A stretch of 32,000 nt of DNA from Nostoc sp. PCC 7120 = FACHB-418 (lineage in GTDB: Bacteria; Cyanobacteriota; Cyanobacteriia; Cyanobacteriales; Nostocaceae), in assembly GCF_000009705.1 (NCBI RefSeq), contig NC_003272.1:1-32000 (forward strand). The letters run 5' to 3'. Positions 28,285 through 32,000 of this stretch are shown here, one piece after another. The notes beneath the pieces are model-generated. The model was not told the DNA's origin. It saw only the letters and a program-made list of their open reading frames with translations, and ran no database searches. Every line of letters starts with the position of its first letter. Position 1 is the first letter of the stretch. The translations under genes and the position numbers were made by a program.

Positions 28285-30057
28285 GTGTTTTTAAATCTCA
28301 TTAATCCGCCAAATAAATTTATAAAATTCCTTGGTTTTGTACAAGATATGGTAGATACAGAAAAGGTTTTATCACTACCATCATCAATATGGCAACCAAT
28401 TGATAACCGTTGGAAGTTATCAAAAATTGTTCTGATTGGCGAATATATTAAATATAGAACTTTTAATGGAGCCAACAAAGCTCTGCCCGTACTGGCATCT
28501 AGTTTAGTCAATGCTGGGTTTAACCGAGTTCTTCAGCTAGATTTAGAGCGTCCTGACTTGACCATTGATCATGTTTTACATGAGGTAATAAATGCTGATT
28601 TAATCATCTTTGCAGGTTGCTTAACTACTCAATGGCAAGAAATTGATGAACATAGCCAAAAAATATTTACAGAACTCAAGAAATATAGACGGGAAAATGT
28701 TCCAATTTTAGTTGGTGGCTATGCGACAAAAAGCATCGAAGATATAGCCAGAATTACTCCTTGGATCACAGGATTTTGTGATGGTGAGGGTGAAGAATCA
28801 ATTGTAGAAATTGCTTATGCAGTTGCCAAAGGGAATTTCTACAGAAACATGAAACATTTACCTGGATTATGTTTCATGAACCAAGATAGGGAATTTTACC
28901 GCGTTGCCCCTAACCATAGCCAGCATATTAAGTTTCATCATTCTATTGCCCCTAGAGTTGATAACTTTGACGATATAGACCAAAATTTAGGATTAATCCA
29001 TATTCCCCAAATTCACAATATGGATATTTTTAAAACTAAAGACGGGAGGCAGCTAAAAACAGCCCAAATGTTTACTCAAAGGGGTTGTCCTTGGGGCTGT
29101 GGCTTCTGTAATAAAAGTCAGGAAAACAATCATATTGTGAGATTAAGCGAAACTTCTTTGCGTCAGCAATTGCGGCAATTAAAGCAGCGTGATTATGAAG
29201 CAATTTATCTAGATGTTGACACTTTTACCGCCCATACAACCGCAGCCAAAAGGGAAGCGGAGATTCTTCAGCAAGAAGGTTTTATGTGGGGTTCAAATAC
29301 TAGAATTGACAAAATTGACTATGAACAGATGCGCTATTTAGCAGAGCATAACTGTGTCTATATGTTCTTTGGTGTTGAGCATACTTTACCAGAAGTATCC
29401 TTAGCTAATCATAAATTTAATGGCTCGATTCAAAGTCAAATCAAGCAAGCCTTTGATTACCCAGCCAAAATAAAAAAAGCATTTCAAGATATGAATAAAG
29501 CTGGATTACCCAGCAGTTATTTTTTGATTTTAGGGCTACCAAAAGCCAAGCTAAATGAAGATAAGACTAAAATTATCGGTTATGAACCCACAACTTTAGA
29601 AGATGATCTGACTGCGATTCGCTTTGGCTTAGAAGAATGCCATCCTGACTTTTTAAACTTTAATGTATTGCGATTTATGCCAGGAAGTTTTGCGGCTGAT
29701 ACACCTGGCGATTGCAACTACTCTTGTGTACGTCCTTCGGGGAATAAACCAATTACCGCCGGCTATTTCTTACAACGCGCTGTCCAACACTATGGTTATC
29801 CCCAGTCACCAACACACGGAGTTTACCGACTGTGTGAGTCCGTAGGTAGATATCAGCCGATAAGCACCGCAATAAATCCCCAACGGGTTTACAACACGAT
29901 TTGCTACGCCATGCAATTGATTAACGCCAAAATCGACGCAGGTGGTAAAGCTACAAAGTTATTTATTGACAGAGATTTACTAGCTTTAGGTTTAGTTAGT
30001 CAGGATGAACAGGGACGATATGCGATCGCTCCTTTAGAAGATTTTGCCAGAGTTTAG
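28285..30057 (+). CDS. B12-binding-domain radical SAM protein
   Basis: 590 aa. The N-terminal cobalamin-binding-like Rossmann segment reads DLIIFAGCLTTQW...VPILVGGYATKS. The radical SAM cluster motif is RGCPWGCGFCN (CxxxCxxC). There is a roughly 200-aa C-terminal extension without a SPASM-type Cys pattern. The GTG start at 28285 is preceded by AGGTGGTG; ATG 28348 is an alternative. Confidence 0.85.
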   Translation: MFLNLINPPNKFIKFLGFVQDMVDTEKVLSLPSSIWQPIDNRWKLSKIVLIGEYIKYRTFNGANKALPVLASSLVNAGFNRVLQLDLERPDLTIDHVLHEVINADLIIFAGCLTTQWQEIDEHSQKIFTELKKYRRENVPILVGGYATKSIEDIARITPWITGFCDGEGEESIVEIAYAVAKGNFYRNMKHLPGLCFMNQDREFYRVAPNHSQHIKFHHSIAPRVDNFDDIDQNLGLIHIPQIHNMDIFKTKDGRQLKTAQMFTQRGCPWGCGFCNKSQENNHIVRLSETSLRQQLRQLKQRDYEAIYLDVDTFTAHTTAAKREAEILQQEGFMWGSNTRIDKIDYEQMRYLAEHNCVYMFFGVEHTLPEVSLANHKFNGSIQSQIKQAFDYPAKIKKAFQDMNKAGLPSSYFLILGLPKAKLNEDKTKIIGYEPTTLEDDLTAIRFGLEECHPDFLNFNVLRFMPGSFAADTPGDCNYSCVRPSGNKPITAGYFLQRAVQHYGYPQSPTHGVYRLCESVGRYQPISTAINPQRVYNTICYAMQLINAKIDAGGKATKLFIDRDLLALGLVSQDEQGRYAIAPLEDFARV

Positions 30058-30262
30058 GGGTATAGGGGAAGAAGTAGAGTCTAAATTCTTCCCTCACCCT
30101 TACACCCTTCCAAAGTTACGAAATCTTGAATATATATTCACCAAACCCAGATTTTGAGCAAAAATCCTCTTATAACATTCCCTTAGTCACTTGTCAATGA
30201 GTACATATTTCATGTACTCACTAGTATAGTAAAGATGAACTTTTGTGAAGCGAGGACTACGG

Positions 30263-31741
30263 ATGTACATTGTACAGATTGCCTCGGAATGCGCTCCTGT
30301 AATTAAGGCAGGGGGTTTAGGGGATGTCGTTTACGGATTGAGTCGAGAATTAGAGATTCGGGGCAATTGCGTCGAGCTAATTCTGCCTAAGTATGATTGT
30401 ATGCGCTACGACCATGTTTGGGGACTGCACGAGGCTTACTTAAACTTGTGGGTTCCCTGGTTTGGTGCAGCAATTCACTGTACTGTCTACTGCGGTTGGG
30501 TACATGGGCGAGTATGTTTTTTCATTGAACCCCATTCCGAGGACAATTTCTTTAATCGGGGCTGCTATTACGGTTGTGATGATGATGATATGCGCTTTGC
30601 CTTTTTTAGCAAAGCCGCTTTAGAATTTCTCCATCAAAGCAATAAGCGCCCTGATATTATCCATTGTCATGATTGGCAAACAGGCTTAATTCCTGTCATG
30701 CTCTATGAGATCTACAAGTATCATGGCATGGACACCCAACGGGTTTGCTACACCATCCACAACTTTAAACATCAAGGAATTGGTGGTGTCAAAACTCTCT
30801 GGGCGACAGGGTTAAACAGAGAAGCTTATTACTTCCAAGATGACAAGCTAAGGGATGACCATAACCCCTTTGCATTGAATTACATGAAAGGCGGTATAGT
30901 CTACTCGAACGCTGTCACCACAGTTTCACCAAACCACGCCTTAGAAGCACAATATACAGACGTTGGTTGTGGCTTAGGTCATACTTTGTATCTACACAAA
31001 GAAAAATTTAGCGGGGTTCTCAACGGTATTGATTACGATTTTTGGAATCCAGAAATTGACCGTCACATCCCCGATAACTACAGCCAAGACGATTTTGAAC
31101 AAAAACTATATAACAAAAAAGCTTTGCGTGAGCGCTTGTTGTTGCAAGCTGCTGATAAACCAATCATTGCTTACATCGGGCGTTTAGATAATCAAAAAGG
31201 CGTGCATCTTGTCCACCATGCCATTTATCATGCCTTGAATAAAGGAGCGCAATTTGTATTATTGGGTTCAGCAACAGAAGCAGGAATCAATGCTCATTTT
31301 CGTCATGAAAAACAGTTTTTAAATAGCAATCCTGATGTCCATTTAGAATTGGGCTTTAACGAAGAGTTGTCTCATCTGATTTATGCCGGGGCTGATATGA
31401 TTGTTGTTCCCAGCAATTATGAACCCTGCGGTTTAACGCAAATGATTGGTTTGAAGTATGGTACTGTTCCCATTGTGCGCGGTGTTGGTGGACTGGTAAA
31501 TACAGTATTTGACCGAGATTACGATCAAAATTTACCACCAGAAAAACGCAATGGTTATGTATTTTATCAATCTGATAACCAAGCTTTAGAGTCAGCAATG
31601 AATCGGGCAATTGATTTGTGGTATCAGTCTCCTGAACAGTTCCAACAATTAGCGATTCAGGGAATGAAATATGACTACTCATGGAATAATCCAGGCACGG
31701 AATATTTAAATATTTACGAATGGATTAAGTACAAATGGTAG
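30263..31741 (+). CDS. glgA: Glycogen (starch) synthase, GT5 family
   Basis: The ORF track starts at GTG 30245. ATG 30263 (MYIVQIASECAPVIKAGGLGDVV) follows a GAGGA ribosome-binding site and gives the canonical KxGGLGDV N-terminus. The C-terminal EPCGLTQM motif is present. Confidence 0.93.
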   Translation: MYIVQIASECAPVIKAGGLGDVVYGLSRELEIRGNCVELILPKYDCMRYDHVWGLHEAYLNLWVPWFGAAIHCTVYCGWVHGRVCFFIEPHSEDNFFNRGCYYGCDDDDMRFAFFSKAALEFLHQSNKRPDIIHCHDWQTGLIPVMLYEIYKYHGMDTQRVCYTIHNFKHQGIGGVKTLWATGLNREAYYFQDDKLRDDHNPFALNYMKGGIVYSNAVTTVSPNHALEAQYTDVGCGLGHTLYLHKEKFSGVLNGIDYDFWNPEIDRHIPDNYSQDDFEQKLYNKKALRERLLLQAADKPIIAYIGRLDNQKGVHLVHHAIYHALNKGAQFVLLGSATEAGINAHFRHEKQFLNSNPDVHLELGFNEELSHLIYAGADMIVVPSNYEPCGLTQMIGLKYGTVPIVRGVGGLVNTVFDRDYDQNLPPEKRNGYVFYQSDNQALESAMNRAIDLWYQSPEQFQQLAIQGMKYDYSWNNPGTEYLNIYEWIKYKW

Positions 31742-31807
31742 GTCAGTAATTCGTAATTGATAATACTCACCTTTAGAGAGAAGCAAGTTAAGAATTAATA
31801 TCTGTGG

Positions 31808-31836
31808 GGTGGGCATTGCCCACCTTTTCATTTTTT
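31808..31836 (+). terminator. Rho-independent terminator of glgA
   Basis: GGTGGGC-ATT-GCCCACC followed by TTTTCATTTTTT. Confidence 0.8.
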
Positions 31837-31874
31837 GGTAGTAAATACTCAATGCTACTATCATAAATTACAAA

Positions 31875-32000
31875 TTAAACTAGGGCTTTGAGTAAAGCTT
31901 GTAGTTTGAGTTGTACTTCGGCAAATTCTTTTTCAGGGTCAGAACCGGCGACTATTCCAGCACCTGCATAAAGTCTAGCGCGATCGCCATCTATTAACGC
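31875..32000 (-). CDS. C-terminal 41 codons of a chorismate-binding enzyme, probably isochorismate synthase (menF-like)
   Basis: The minus strand translates to [41 protein letters not shown], with the stop at 31877-31875. YAGAGIVxxSDPExE is the conserved C-terminal motif of the MenF/EntC/TrpE family. The 5-prime part lies outside the window. Confidence 0.6.
   Translation of the reverse strand, partial: ALIDGDRARLYAGAGIVAGSDPEKEFAEVQLKLQALLKALV

Noticed and set aside
28263-31682. ORFs 28263..28511 (minus), 29663..29845 (plus, alternative frame) and 31356..31682 (minus)
   Set aside because: They overlap the radical SAM and glgA coding regions, whose frames carry diagnostic motifs (CxxxCxxC and KAGGLGDV).

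Overview
The window looks like chromosomal DNA from a filamentous, heterocyst-forming cyanobacterium of the Nostoc/Anabaena type. This is inferred from about 20 HIP1 palindromes (GCGATCGC), heptameric STRR arrays in intergenic spacers, and the gene content. From memory the gene order resembles the atp1 / apcEABC region of Nostoc sp. PCC 7120, but I cannot verify that here.

Most of the window is well-known core biology:
- Two secreted hypothetical proteins (1-1670, minus strand).
- tmRNA ssrA (2861-3247, minus), encoding the tag ANNIVKFARKDALVAA.
- The complete cyanobacterial atp1 operon on the minus strand (atp1-atpI-atpH-atpG-atpF-atpD-atpA-atpC, 9635 down to 3418). STRR hairpin arrays sit between its genes.
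- A SAM-dependent methyltransferase.
- The phycobilisome core operon apcE-apcA-apcB-apcC (15778-21076, plus).
- A SirB1/transglutaminase-like TPR protein and an SRPBCC protein.
- glgA, and the 3-prime tail of a chorismate-binding (isochorismate synthase-like) gene.

Two stretches look accessory.
1. An AT-rich, HIP1-poor islet at about 11.3-15.3 kb. It carries an orphan xHH-type toxin C-terminal module with an overlapping acidic immunity-like gene, an IS5-family element with an A6G -1 frameshift site, an AT-rich orphan gene, and an IS630-family element with an A9 slippery run.
2. The region at about 22.7-30.1 kb. It holds two tiny membrane proteins and a 131-aa orphan. The orphan is divergently transcribed from a 1227-aa GerE-HTH / NB-ARC / 14xWD40 STAND NTPase, which is followed by a 590-aa B12-binding radical SAM enzyme.

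The STAND locus and the orphan toxin/immunity pair are the best candidates for something not yet characterised. I see no compelling evidence for a clearly novel multi-gene system, and every functional link proposed below is inference from adjacency and motifs.
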